Of a DNA stretch of 64,000 nt, positions 1-10,760 are shown in pieces (position 1 is the stretch's first letter; each line of letters opens with the position of its first letter). Under the pieces are notes generated by a model. That model had not been told where the DNA came from. It saw only the letters and a list, made by a program, of their open reading frames with translations, and did no database searches. Both the position numbers and the translations under genes were made by a program. Source of the stretch: Squalus acanthias (Eukaryota); contig CM059431.1 in NCBI GenBank assembly GCA_030390025.1, forward strand, positions 157,172,001 to 157,236,000. The letters run 5' to 3'.

Positions 1-796
1 TTATGCCACGCATTTAAAACTCTAATCTGTTTGTCCCTATACCAATTTGCACGTGGCTCGTGTAACAATCTAGAGATATTTTGCTTTGATATTCTGCTTT
101 TTAATTTGGAGCCTAGCTCCTCAAACTCCCTCAGCAGAACGTCATTCCTAGTTCTACCTATCTTGATTCCTACGTAGACCACGACACCTGGATCCTCCCC
201 CTCCCACTCCAAGTTCATCTCCAGCCGCGAGGAGACGTCTTTCACCCTGGCACCGGGCAGGCAACACAACCTTTGAAACTCTCGGTCGCGGCTGCGGAGA
301 ACAGTATCTGTCCCCCTGAATATTCTGTCCCTTACCACAACTACATTCCCTTTCACTCCCCCACTTGAATGGCCTCCTGCACCATGGTGCCACGGTCAGC
401 TTGCTCATTTTTCCTGCATGCTTTTCCTTCATCCACACATGCAGCAAGAACCTCATACCTGTTGGACAAGGGCAAAGGCTGAGACACCTCCAGCACTTCA
501 GCTGGGGTCCCCTTCGCTGTCTGAGTTGCACTCACACCCTCCTGTCCCTGACCGCTAAACAGATCTGTATCATTACCTAACCTAAGGGGTGTGACTGCCT
601 CCTGATTCAAAGTGTCCAGGTAAATCTCCCCATCTCTGAAACCCCACAATGTCCACACCTCAGACTCCAGCTCAAAAACTCTGAGCTGACGTTCCTCAAG
701 TTGCAGGCACTTACTGCAAACGTGGTTGTCACGGATCACAATGCTCTCCACAAACTCCCACATACTGCAGTTGCGGCACACCACCTGCACTGCCAT
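1..796 (-). mobile_element. CR1-clade LINE ORF1 fragment (Cys/His zinc-finger-like N-terminus followed by SGNH-esterase-like region), runs off the window start
   Basis: ORF 353..796 begins MAVQVVCRNCSMWE...HVCSKCLQLE and contains LPLSNRYEVL. The downstream part resembles the esterase region of the element at 34151-34699. Confidence 0.8.
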
Positions 797-850
797 CCCT
801 ATATGACCTTGTTTTATTTAATTCAATTTAATTATATGTGTAATTAGAAA

Positions 851-985
851 CCCTGTCAAATCAGGTAATCATGTTAACACCTCAATTAGAGAATCCATTA
901 ATCTTTTATACTCCATGGAAAACAAGCCTAGTCTTTGTAACCTGTCTTCATAATTTAAACATTTTAGCCCGCTCATCATCATATG
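851..985 (-). mobile_element. Short, old CR1 ORF2 C-terminal fragment
   Basis: Degenerate similarity to the YEERL..LGLFSLE..LI segment of other CR1 copies in this window. Confidence 0.5.
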
Positions 986-2237
986 CTGTATTCCCGTGAG
1001 TTGAAATGTTCAAGTAGAAAGGCGTCGGTCTCATAAACCGAAGAGTGCAGTTTCGATCATTGTACGTGTAAGCTTTGAGGCTCCAATTTTTAACAAACTA
1101 CTTTTTTCGCGAAGGCTCTTAATAGCCCCATTCCCCTGTCTCCCATCGTCTTCGCTGGAATGTCAAACACCCCATGTAAACAATTAACATTTAACAATTC
1201 TGCTGGAGTAGTTTACCATGGAGTAGCATTTTTTGAGGTCAGTATTCACTACACTTTAAATTTTATTTTCGATTGAGGAGAGAGAACATTGTGTTCCAGA
1301 CGTTCGATGTTACGAAAATAATATATTTTTCGCATATCTTTGCCGCTTCTTCATGATCTCAGTACAATTAATGTTTCCTGATTCATCGATTACCAATCTA
1401 TTGATAATTTCACAAATTACTGACGGTTTGCAATCAATTGAGAGTTCTCGATCTATTAAAGATTCCCAATCCTTTCGCTAATCCCAATCTTCTGAATAAG
1501 ACAACAATTTGTAGGTCCAGGCCTGACGGGGGCCACAGTGGGGTCGCTCTGGCTGCCCGTCCCAGGGTGCAGGGACCAACTGGTGTATGTTTGTGTCCAT
1601 TCCAAACCGGGGGCATCGCAAGATATAATCATAGAATCATAGAAATTTAAAGCACAGAAGGCGGCCATTCGGCCCATCTTGTCCGTGGCGACCGACAAAG
1701 AGCTATCCACCCTAATCCCACGTGATAGGGCTTGGTCCGTAGCCTTGTAGGTTATTGCACTTCAACTGCATGTACTAGTGCTTTTTAAATGTGATGAGGG
1801 TCTCTGGTTCTACCACGTTTTCAGGCAGTGAGACCAACCCACTCCAACCTCTGTGTGGAAACATTTCTCCTCCAATCCACTCGAAACCTGCGACCAATTA
1901 CTTTAAATCTATGACCCCTGGTTATTGACCCTTGTGCTAAGGGAAATAGATCCTTCCTATCCATACTATCTCGGCCCATCATAAATTTATACACCTCAAT
2001 TCCGTCTCCCCTGAGCCTCCTCTGTTCCAAAGAAAACAACCCCAGCCTCTCCAATCTTTCCTCATAGCTAAAATTCCCGAGACCAGGCAACATCTACGTA
2101 AATCTCCTCTGGACCCTCTCTAGTTCAATCAAATCCTTCCTGTGATGTGGTGACAAGATCTGAACGCAATATTCTAGCTGCGGCCTCACCAGTGTTTTAT
2201 ACAGTTCAAGCAAAATTTCCCTGCTCTTATATTCTAT

Positions 2238-2329
2238 TGAGAGGTCGCACAACACCAGGTTATAGTCCAACAGTTTTATTTGAAATCACAAGCTTTCGGA
2301 GCTATCGATCGCCCCTTCCTCAGGTGAAG
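2238..2329 (-). mobile_element. 92-bp Penelope-like terminal fragment inserted in the CR1, with an 8-bp TSD
   Basis: TATTCTAT occurs at 2230-2237 and 2330-2337. Removing the insert plus one copy restores the CR1 sequence seen in other copies. The insert contains a minimal hammerhead motif. Confidence 0.75.
2286..2327 (-). ncRNA. Minimal (Penelope-type) hammerhead ribozyme motif
   Basis: The minus strand reads UCAC-CUGAGGA-A-GGGGC-GAUCGAUA-GCUCC-GAAA-GC-UU-GUGA. It has the conserved core CUGANGA/GAAA, stem I UCAC/GUGA, stem II GGGGC/GCUCC and palindromic AAGCUU in place of stem III. Confidence 0.7.
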
Positions 2330-3030
2330 TATTCTATGCCTCGGCTAATAAAGGCAAGTATTGCGTATGACTTCTTAACCACCTTATCTACCTGTCCTGC
2401 TACCTTCAGCGATCTGAGGACATGTACTCCAAGGTCCCACTGATCTTCTGCACTTCTCAGTGTCCTACCATTTAATGTGTATTCCTTTGCCTTGTTAGCC
2501 CTCCCCAAATGCATTACCTCACACTTCTCCAGAGTGAATTCCATTTGCCACTGTTCTGCCCACCTAACCAGTTCATTGATATCTTCCTGCAGTCTGCAGT
2601 TTTCTTCTTGACTGCAATAGAATTTAATTCAAGGGCTGCGTATAACGGGCGGCCGATCCGATACCGCCAGTTTTTCTCCACCGCCCGAGACGAACTTCCA
2701 GCCTATTGTTTTTTTAGCCGTCAATAAGCATATCCTCATTTAGTTGGGAAGGTATCCTTTTCGTTTTGTTGGCACCTGATGCTTATTTTGCATCTTTTTA
2801 TTTTGATAGCAACATCCCATATGCCTACAAGGGGCATTTGTGATGTTTTTTTTGCGTGATCCTGGTGAAACCCACTGTAACACTTATTGGTTCATCAAAC
2901 AGGGTCAAATCTGGTAATGTTTCCCATCCATTGCTGTTTGATTTAGAAGTGAGCGATCTCGAGCCTATTTCAATTGGGTTTTGGACTGTCCCTGTGCCTG
3001 TGGCTTCTCTCGGTCACTTTCTCAGCGGCT

Positions 3031-3515
3031 AAGAACATTAGAACATTATAATTAGAAGCAGGAGTAGGCCGAGCGGCCCCTCAAGCCTGCTCCACAATTC
3101 AATAAGTTCATGAGTGATCTTTTACATCAATTCCATCTTACCCACTATCTCCATTTCCCTAGATTCCCTTAGTGGCCACAAAACTATTGATCTCAGCCTT
3201 GAAAATGCTCAACGACTGAGCATCCACAGCCCTCTGGGGTAGAGAATTGCAATTATTCACAACCGTCTGAGTGAATGCATTTCTTCTCCTCTCAGTCGTA
3301 AATGGCCGCTCCCTTCATCCTGAAACTATGAATCCTAGTTGTAGATCCTCCAGCCAGGGGCAACATCCGCTCAGCATCTAACCTGCTAAGCTCCCTAAGA
3401 ATTTCATACGTTTCAGTGAGATCACCCCTCTTCTTCCAAGCTACAGACAAAATAGGCCCATTCTACAACATGACTACTCAAAGGACATCCCTCTTATGGC
3501 AGGAATCAGTCTAGT
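3031..3515 (-). mobile_element. CR1 LINE 3' end fragment
   Basis: Tail AAGAACATTAGAAC...GCAGGAGTAGGCC...CCTCAAGCCTGCTCC matches the reverse complement of the CR1 3' UTR at 21540-21615. Confidence 0.85.
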
Positions 3516-3559
3516 AGAAGGGAAAATGAGGCTGAATTGTGTCACCATTCCCTGCGAAA

Positions 3560-4935
3560 TTGTACCTCTCGAGACTCAGAGTACTCTCGGCTATTGGGCA
3601 AGGAAGAGGCAAAGCTTGCCCTGTGTTTTGCGGAGGGCGAGAGTACCATGTGCTATGTAGAGTGTCAGAGTACATTGTGATGATATGTAGAGGTTAATAG
3701 TACCTTGGGTATAAAAAGGGAAAAAGTAAACTGTTATATTGGCCTGAGGAGGCTAAGAGTTCTCTTGTCTATTGGGCCTGTAGAAGTTCAGAGTACCCTT
3801 GGCTATAAAGAGGGATAGCGTACCCTGAGCTATTGAATCTGCAGAGTGTCAGATTTCCCCGGGGCTATTGGATCTGTGGAGGATGTGAGTGCCCTGGGTT
3901 ATATAGAGGTTCAGATTACTTGTGCTATTAGGGCTGTATATTCTCAGACTACCTTTGGCTATGCAGTGGGTCAGAATTCCCTGGGCTTTTGTGCATGTAC
4001 TGTGTCGGAGTTCCCTGGGAAATTGAGACTGTAGTTCGTCAGAATACCACGAGCTGTTGGGGCAGTAGAGACTCAGAGTACCCTGGGATATTGAGTCTGA
4101 AAAGGAACAGAGCGCCATCGTGCAAAGGGCAATGCTAAGGTTCAGCGTACCCTCAGCTACTGGACTGAGAGTGAACTGGAAGGCTTTGCTTGAAAGGGCG
4201 GAGGATGAAGACTGAACAGTAACATTCAAAGAAAATTGGAAACAATACATGAAGGATAGCAATTTCAGGGCTATGATGAAAGAACAGGGGAGTACGACTA
4301 ATTGGATAGTTCTACAGAAGAGCTGGCACAGGCACGATGGGCGGAATTGCCTCCTCTGTATTGGGCCTGTAGTATTTCAGAGTACCTTAGGCTAGGAAGA
4401 GTGCAAAAGCATTCTGGGGTATATAGAGGACACCCTTGGCTACTGGGCTGTATAGAGGGTCAGTCTAGCTTGAGCTAATCAGTGATTCAATCGTCTTGGG
4501 CTATTGCTCCTGCAGAGGGACAGCCTGCCCTGGGCAATACAGCAGATCAGAGTATCTTCTGCTATTGGGCCTGTAAAGGGTCAGAATGCTCTGTGCTGTT
4601 GGGCCTGCAGAGGTTCCGATTAACATCTGCTATTGGGACTGTAGAGTGTCAGAGATTCCTGTACAATTGGGACTGTAGTGGCTCAGAGTACCCTGCATAT
4701 TGGGCCAATAGAATGTCAGCGTTCCCTGGGCTATTGGGTTTTGGGTGGATCAGAGTACCTTGGGCTAGGCATCGACTCAGCATATCCATGGCTACTGGGA
4801 ATGCTTAGGGTTAGAGTACCCCGGGCTAAGTAGAGGATAAGATTCCCTGACCAATGGGCATGTGGATGGTCAGAGTACCCTGAGGCTATTGGATATGCAA
4901 GGGTCAGAGTATCCTGGGCTATTGGCTTGCCTGGG
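3560..4935. repeat. Degenerate ~34-bp minisatellite (consensus about CAGAGTACCCTGGGCTATTGGGCCTGTAGAGGGT), interrupted by a CR1-tail fragment at ~4225-4360
   Basis: CAGAGTACC and GGGCTATTGG motifs recur throughout. A paralogous array lies at 47270-48025. Confidence 0.85.
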
Positions 4936-4939
4936 ATGT

Positions 4940-5060
4940 TACATCTCTAACTTTTACCAGTTCTGATGAAAGATCTTCGAGCTGAAACGTTAACTTTGAC
5001 ACTCTCTCCACTTATGTTGCCTGTACTGCTGAGTATTTCCAGCATTTTCTGATTTTCTTC
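4940..5060 (+). mobile_element. Penelope-like terminal repeat fragment with a degenerate hammerhead motif (4959-4995)
   Basis: AGTT-CTGATGA-AAGATCTTCGAGCT-GAAA-CG-TT-AACT: core and stem I are intact and stem II has one mismatch. Confidence 0.65.
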
Positions 5061-5409
5061 ACGATATCATTGTTCAGTTCCTTGCAGAGTAATTCCATGG
5101 CATCAGTGAACTCTACCGCTCTACAAACTAAATTTTCAATAGTTTTATCGATATGTATCAAAAAATTATTGCAAATCAAATTATTCATGTAAAAATAATG
5201 GCAATATGCATGCCTTTCAAATTGGGACGGAATTATATCCGCCCATCTCTGGAATAACTCCTCTTCACTTGAGGACATCAACTTCGTGGAAACATTCTTG
5301 ATCTGAGTCACACCGTGCACAGTTCCATCACCAATCTCAGCGGGCTGAGACCTGAGCTCCGGCTCTGAATTCTGTGATAACATCCAACGGCAACATTAGA
5401 AGCATTACC

Positions 5410-5835
5410 GGGACTTGCTGTCATAAAAAAATGGGAGCAGTGTTTATGATCTAATGTCGTTGAACATGGTGTTCGTTCCGGAAGGTTGTGAAGTGCCTAA
5501 TCAAAAGATGATGTACCATTCCGCGAGCTTCCGATGAGCATCATTGGCCGAGCACAACGAGGTCACAGTGGGATGAAGAATTATAATTGCAAGCCAAAAG
5601 GAAGCTCAGGGACACGCTTGCGGAGTGAACAGAGGTGTTCAGCAAAGCGATGATTGATTCTGCACTGGTCTCCCCACTGTAGTGGAGACCACGTCGTGAA
5701 CAGCGAATACAGTATAATAAATTGAAGGAATTACTAGTATATCGCTGTTTCACCAGGATATAGTACTTCGGTCCCTGGATAGTGGTAAGGGAGGAACGGA
5801 AAGGGAAGGTGTTGCATTTCCTGCGCTCGCTTGTG
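5410..5835 (-). mobile_element. Penelope-like element remnant (GIY-YIG endonuclease region)
   Basis: ORF 5541..5753 contains NLLYCIRCSRRGLHYSGET, matching the (V/L)YCIxCxxCxxxYIGET GIY-YIG motif of Penelope-like elements. A paralogous copy lies at ~49480-49870. Confidence 0.75.
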
Positions 5836-5956
5836 GTTTCTTTTTTCTCTGGAGCACATCACGAAATGTTCAAAAATTGGCCTGATTAAACAGAATATCA
5901 CCTACAAAATATACACGAAACAATTGCATCAAACAATCTTCATGTTAAGTAATCAT

Positions 5957-8900
5957 TTATTCTGTAATTACAGTCAAATGACCCGATACACTGACCGACT
6001 TCAGATTTGTCAGTCCTTCTGCAGAGAATTCATTGTGAGTCAAACTGAAAAATATTAAAATAACGAAAAAAAATTATCGATACGGAGTGTACTCTTCCGT
6101 TCACTGTGAGTAGCAATATTATTAAATTCATTCAAAATAAATGTGTTTACACATGCGAAGGAGATTAATTTTCCACAAGATTATGATTTCATTTTCCCCA
6201 TATCTGGTCTATTCAAATTAAAATAACGGAAATACATTTTACACGTGAAAGAACATTTAAATAATAAATAGGTAACTCGGAAACTCACCTGATTTCCTTG
6301 CGATTAGCTCTACTCTGGATGAGACGGCGCAATGCCGGAACAGAATTATCAGTCATTCTGTTGGACCGTTCGCCATCCTGATTATCGTTACTCAGATCGA
6401 GCTCGATGAGTGAACCGTTTTCACGGAGGGCAGAGACCAGATTTTCCACACAATGATCTGTGAGATCGTTAGATTTTAACCTGCAGTGACCGAAAAATAA
6501 ACAGAAATTATATAAGACGCTCATACATTAAAAACATCACCACTTGCTAATAATTACTGTGAAATTTCAGAAACACGGGAGAAAGCTTTTGATATGTGCC
6601 TTTTTTTTCCTGTTTCTAAATTATTTTCATCTTAATGTTAATTGAAAAGTGAGCTGCCTAATCATCATTAACACACTAATTAGAATTATTATAGATAAAT
6701 AACTTTCCAGTTGTGCTGTTGTATATATTAAACGAAATTACTCACTCCAATCTCGATATTTTACCATCATTTTTATTCAGAACGGCAGAGAACCGTTTCA
6801 CTCCCGAATCTCCCAGTTTATTCTCATTGAGTCGAAACACAAATAACCAAAATCAATAATTAATAGGTAGCAATGCAACAGATAGGAAATATTCGTAATT
6901 AAATAATGTATTTAACGTGGACACTTTGGATATCCAAGACGCGAATATAAGACCCGTAATTCAAATTCAATTTAGATATAGCGCATGCGGTCAAATAAGT
7001 GACAATCACAAGGTGTACTTGTTTTACCGGGAAGTTACTCTAATGCCCGTGGTCATGATTTAAACATACATTACTAAATTATTACATTTAAAGTAGGCAC
7101 TGAGTGGTTGGCAGATTAAATGCTGTAAACTCTTGGTCTGCAATGAAGAGGAATCCACGACATATGTCTCTCACAGTTCGATTCACTTCATTAATAGGAG
7201 AATTTAGGGTAAAATTAGAGACCGTCCCTTTGATCTTGTCTCTATTTTAGGAAAGTTATCTATTTGATGCATTGAGGTTCACAAATGCCCTTAAATCATC
7301 CCCAAGTCTATTGGAGAATCCACTGATGGGGATTGTAACAGATCGCTCGAATGTGCATCAGAGCGGGTGGAGTGATATTCCCTCTCACTTTCCTTCCCTC
7401 CGGAATTCTGATGATGCCGTGGCACAGCAGTGCGGCTGGAGAGAGTACTCAGAATTTGAGCTATCGCAGACGCGAACCCACATCTAACTGTCTCATTTGG
7501 CAACATTGACCTCAAAAACAACATTATTGATTCGGAAAATCTGATCTGATCGAGGAATTGGGAATATTAGAAAAGTACAGTTAAAACTCGCATATAAACT
7601 ATTCAAACTGCAAAACATATCAATATTGTTTGATTACAGTTTAAAATAAAACAAATATTTTGTCACTGACAATGTGGAATTGGCACAATCTTCAGTAAGC
7701 AGAGGACACCGATTTAACGTAATTGGCTAAAAAGCCGGCGGTGACATGAGGGAAACCATTTATGGAGCTAATTGTTAGGATCTGGAATGCCCTGCCTGAA
7801 AGGCTGGTGGAATCAGATACAGTAGTAGTTTTCCAAAGGGAATTCTATAAATACTTGTAAGGGATAAATATGCAGGGCTATGGGGAAAGAGCAGGGGGGT
7901 GGGACTAATTGGATAGCTCTTTGAAAAACCGACACAATCACGATAGGCTGTACGATTCTGCGATTCTGTGAAATATTGTCCTTCTACCAACAGCGATCTA
8001 ATACATAATGATTAAAGGGTAGGGGAATATATCTTACTGATTAATCCGCATTCTTCGGTGGTGCAAAGAGTGCGCTGGATTCCAATGTAATGTTGCCAAC
8101 ATCCAATCTGATCTAATTAAATGAGCAGCGCAGCAATTTCAGGCATTACCCGAACAGACACTCCGGTGCCGTGTCTTACGGTTCAATTTAGCACAGCAGA
8201 TTGTGGAATGAGGGAATGTGTTCATTAATTGATCGAATTGAGTTAATGTTGTTGCTTTTAACTAATATTATCCCACATCCCAGTAAAACAGTATTTGTTG
8301 ATAATGCTTTTTAACGGTTTCGGTGAATTACCTGCGTATTTTACATTTGTGTAGCACGAGCTCCAACTGATGGATGCCTTCATCTTGTATCCCACAGGTA
8401 CTGAGATTCAACTCTTCAATCACTTAAAGGGCCATTAGTGCGTTTGTCAGAACCGCACAGTCAGAAGGTATAAGAGGACACAGTGTGAATGCCATTGTCT
8501 TTATCGATGCTAATGCGGCCTTCATCCGTTTTATGTCTCCAAATTCAAGAAAATAATGCAATATCAGTAAGAATGTCCTTTGGCTTTGCCCATATTCCAG
8601 GTTCTGAACACGTCTTTTGACATTTTCCGTGAGCCAATGCGACACACACGGGAATGCTTGAGAAGGAATTTCCACTAATTTTCTATCAAGCTGATCAGTT
8701 GAATGCCGTGAGGAGACACCGACAAGAAAACGAGAAAATATATTGAATCTCTCGTCAATGCACGTGTAGCCTTCATTGAGCAATCGTGTCACTCCATTTC
8801 CTGGTGTGCTTAGACTTTTCATAAGTGCAGCGACAAATTCATGCACGACGGAATGAGGGAGTGTCTAGACAACACTACACAGATATTCATCTCGAATCTC

Positions 8901-10039
8901 CATCATAAACGCAGAGATAACATTGGAAAGTTCGAGTCTGTGGCGATTGCTTTTCATTAAACACAACGGTTTTTGTGGCAACTCCCTTGTAGGCTAACTC
9001 GCCGAGTTTCAGCAACATGTCTTGAGCGGTTCTGCGTCACAGCTGCATCTCTGGAAAAGGCTTGTGACGTACGCGCAGAACACCTGTGTGCTGGTTGTGA
9101 CGGACAATGGTCTGTCCCCCGCTCCTTGTACCCGGTGTGATTCTAATAATGAAGCGAGGACCGAGCAGTACAGAGGATTATAGCACATGATGTATATTGT
9201 CTGATTCTGCTCAATGTACTCGATTACATCTTCGCAAACTGTTCATCTACAAAATAACGGCCGACGTATTGTTTTATTTTCTCAGAGGTGAAATCCAGAA
9301 TTTCCACCGTTGGAAATAAGTTTGCCTTTCCCTGAGACTTCAGTTTCCACGGCTGGCTTGTGATCAGTACTGAACAGCTTTTCAGTAAGTGTCCCTGTAT
9401 GAAGCAGCGCACGATGTCTGACACTTCACTGCAGCAGTCGGGATCGAAACATTGATATTGGGGGTCGTTGTTTCTCTGAATTTCGGTGAATTCGATAGTT
9501 AAATTTGTCTAAATAATCAAATATAAAGACTATCTTTTCGGGTCCTTTCCACAGAAGTTCCAACTCAGTTTGGAATTCGGAGTAGGAATCCAGGATCAGG
9601 CTAGTTAGACATGTTTTTCCTTTTATTAAATTCAATTTTGCAACCTTAAAAGGAAAGAAAACTTTAATCTGTTTGTATATTTTCCCTGCAGCCCAATCAT
9701 GGATTATCTTCTGTATCATGGTGCTTTTCCCAATTCCCGAGGCCCCAATTACCACGCTTGTCCCAGAATTGCCTGTTTTCGTGAAACTCAGCAATTGATT
9801 CAGGAGAATTTCTTCTCGTTCATTCTGGACGGTTTTGCTCTGTAATTCTTCAGGCTCTCTACCTCGGGTCTTCAGTTCATTTTCTACGAATCTCCGCTCA
9901 CGCAGGGAAGCAACAAGCGTTACTTTAGTTTATTTTCCATCCAAAAAAAATCTTCGAAATCTTTTTTTTCCTACAGTGGTTTTGAATGTCATCTTCACAT
10001 TTTCTTTGTGGACAGTGTCTTTGTGCTGCAGTTCTATCT
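5957..10039 (-). pseudogene. NLR-family (FISNA-like/NACHT/LRR) pseudogene, copy A; exons 10039-8332, 6832-6746, 6480-6289, 6044-5957
   Basis: Collinear with intact copy B. Walker A is GASGIGKST. The NACHT exon is broken into ORFs 9426..9794, 9224..9424 and 8424..8846. Two TAC codons of copy B read TAA (~9930) and TAG (~8865) here. The acceptor of the 87-bp LRR exon is CG instead of AG (6833-6834). Confidence 0.92.
7690..7970 (+). mobile_element. Old CR1 3'-end fragment in the NLR intron (shared with copy B at ~51690-52000)
   Basis: GATCTGGAATGCCCTGCCTGAAAGG...GGGCTATGGGGAAAGAGCAGG resembles CR1 3' ends and sits at the same intronic position in both paralogs. Confidence 0.75.
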
Positions 10040-10576
10040 CTTGAATATGAACAACGTCATTGGTGCAGTCCTTGTAATTCAAGAGATAAATATTTGACAT
10101 ATCAGTGATATGAAGGAAAACTAATCATCATGAAACAAAAAAACTAGTAAGATTCTGACCAATGAGTCAGCCATTAATTATTTTAAAGTTTAGTGCCCAG
10201 ACACTTTGAGCAAAAAAGGCAATATCCGTACACATCATACATTTCTGAAGTATAAGGAAAATGCATTACAAAGCAAGCTTGAGGATTGTGGGCCGTTTGC
10301 TTTTGGATTTTCAGCTCCTGGTAATGAAGTTTTCTAAATTACGTGAAAAATAGCAAACTTCAATATTCGTAAATTATTGTCATTTTATGTTCACAGATCA
10401 ATAAGTGTTATGAACGACCTCTGGTTTCGTCATGTAATAAACGATGTTGGAAAGTCACGGGTCTGGCCAGCAATCGAGTTTATTCATTGCTTTCTAATCC
10501 TGGGGGTACCGTTTGTTCTGATTCTGCTGCTCCGTGCTTTTACGGTCAGAAACGTTTTACTGACCAGCACATGAGA

Positions 10577-10760
10577 CGGGAAAGGTATCATAGTGGTAAT
10601 ATCACTGGGTGAGTAATCCGGAGGGCATGGACTAATGATCTAGAGACGTGAGTTCAAATCACAATACAGCAACTGCGGAATTTAATTTCTGTTAATTAAA
10701 TACAACTGGAATAAAAAGCTAGTTACAGTAATGGTAACCATGAAACTATCGGATTGACCT
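10577..10760 (+). mobile_element. tRNA-derived SINE-like head
   Basis: A-box-like GGTATCATAGTGGTAA (10584-10599) and B-box-like GAGTTCAAATC (10650-10660). Confidence 0.6.

Larger units (their letters stand above)
1629..2610 (-). mobile_element. 5'-truncated CR1 LINE (RT C-terminus and 3' tail)
   Basis: ORFs 1821..2093 (FSYEERLERLGLFSLEQRRLRGD) and 2320..2544 (EKCEVMHLGR). The microsatellite tail reads ATCATAGAATCATAGAA on the + strand. Confidence 0.9.

Noticed and set aside
1434..1628. GC-richer unique segment with short ORFs on both strands
   Set aside because: No recognisable motif or splice structure, so it cannot be assigned from sequence alone.
3846..4808. Several 60-140-aa ORFs in the 34-bp array (also 40124-40604, 41905-42162 and 47546-47860)
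   Set aside because: They lie inside degenerate minisatellites and show no protein-family signal.
10584..10665. Possible tRNA gene
   Set aside because: A and B boxes are present but I could not build a cloverleaf, and the sequence continues into repeat-like DNA, so it is treated as a SINE-like head.
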